Shown here: positions 63,001-64,000 of the stretch, in pieces | Numbering within the stretch: the stretch's first letter is position 1 | Layout: each line of letters starts with the position of its first letter | Assembly (NCBI RefSeq): GCF_018350175.1 | Contig: NC_058368.1 | Coordinates: forward strand, 87,174,001 to 87,238,000 | Direction of reading: 5' to 3' | Source: Felis catus | Lineage: Eukaryota | DNA length: 64,000 nt | The notes under the pieces: model-generated | The model's database searches: none | What the model was told of the DNA's origin: nothing | What the model saw: only the letters and a program-made list of their open reading frames with translations | Made by a program: the position numbers and the translations under genes

Positions 63001-64000
63001 TTTGTTTTATTTATTTGGGTCATTTCCTTTTTCTTTTTGATCAAACTGGCTAGGGGTTTATCTATTTTGTTAATACTTTCAAAGAACCAGCTTCTGGTTT
63101 CATTGATCTGTTCTACTGTTTTGTTTTTTTGTTTGTTTGTTTGTTTTATAGCATTAGTTCTACTGTAAGCTTTATTATTTCCTGTCTTCTGCTGGTTTGG
63201 GGTTTTATTTGCTGTTCTTTTTCCAGCTCTTTAAACTGTAAAGTTAGTTTGTGTATCTGAGAACTTTCTTCCCGCTTTAGGAAGGCCTGGATTGCTATAT
63301 ACTTTCCCCTTATGACCGCCTTTGCTGCATCCAAGAGGTTTTGGGTTGTGGTGTTATCATTTTCATTGGCTCCCATGTACTTTTTAATTACCTCTTTAAA
63401 TTCTTGCTTAGCCCATTCATTCTTTAGTAGGATGTTCTTTAGTCTCCAAGTGTGTGTTACCTTTCCAAATTTTTTCTCGTGGTTGATTTTGAGTTTCATA
63501 GCAATGTGGTCTGAAAACATGCATAGTATGATCTCGGTCTTTTTGTACTCATTGAGGGCTGATTTGTGTCCCAGTATGTGGTCTACTCTGGAGAATGTTC
63601 CATGTGCACTTGAGAATAATGTATATTCTGCTGCTTTAGGATGAAATATTCTGAATATATCTGTTAAGTCCATCTGATCCAGTGTCATTCAAAGCCATTG
63701 TTTCCTTGTTGATTTTTTGATTAGATGATCTGCCCATTGTTGTAAGAGGGGTGTTGAAGTCCCTTACTAATATAGCATTATTATCAATGAGTTTCTTTAT
63801 GTTTGTGAATAATGGATTTATATATTTGGGTGCTTTCACATTTGGACCATAAATGTTTACAATTGTTAGGTCTTCTTGGTGGATAGATCCTTAATTATGA
63901 TATAATACCCTTCTTCATCTCTTGTTAAAGTCTTTATTGTAAAGTCTAGATTGTCTAAGTATGGCTACTCCAGCACTCTTTTGGTAACCATTAGCATGAT
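60064..64000 (-). mobile_element. Carnivore/felid L1, 3'UTR through ORF2 endonuclease region, running off the window end; disrupted
   Basis: T-rich tail at 60064-60110; [12 protein letters not shown]...LFTDD (62037..62297); MTLDQMDLTDIFR...SDH (63146..63688). Confidence 0.93.

Noticed and set aside
1..64000. CRISPR arrays, prokaryotic defence or retron-like RT systems, tRNA genes
   Set aside because: The sequence is mammalian; all RT/endonuclease motifs belong to LINE-1; tRNA-like boxes are Can-SINE heads; no repeat-spacer arrays seen.

Overview
Mammalian (carnivore, most likely felid) genomic DNA from an olfactory-receptor cluster. The species inference rests on tRNA-derived Can-SINEs and L1 ends of the cat type. 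There is one convincing protein-coding gene: an intact class II olfactory receptor (OR2 family, OR2W-like) on the minus strand at 29215-30162. Roughly 70% of the window is LINE-1, often nested, and no L1 has intact ORFs. The rest includes about 14 Can-SINEs, MER21 and MLT2 LTRs, two related carnivore-type solo LTRs and microsatellites. Almost all other listed ORFs are L1/SINE fragments or antisense shadows. I see no evidence for a new gene system. The notable signals are structural: an old ~34-kb-period tandem duplication with reciprocal empty insertion sites and a 34-bp invariant block; two independent ~150-bp L1-tail insertions truncated at the same nucleotide; four templated-insertion/fold-back repair scars; a local inverted duplication sharing private mutations; twin-primed L1s; and a probable L1-L1 recombinant. 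Repeat family names come from recognition by eye, and boundaries without TSDs are approximate.
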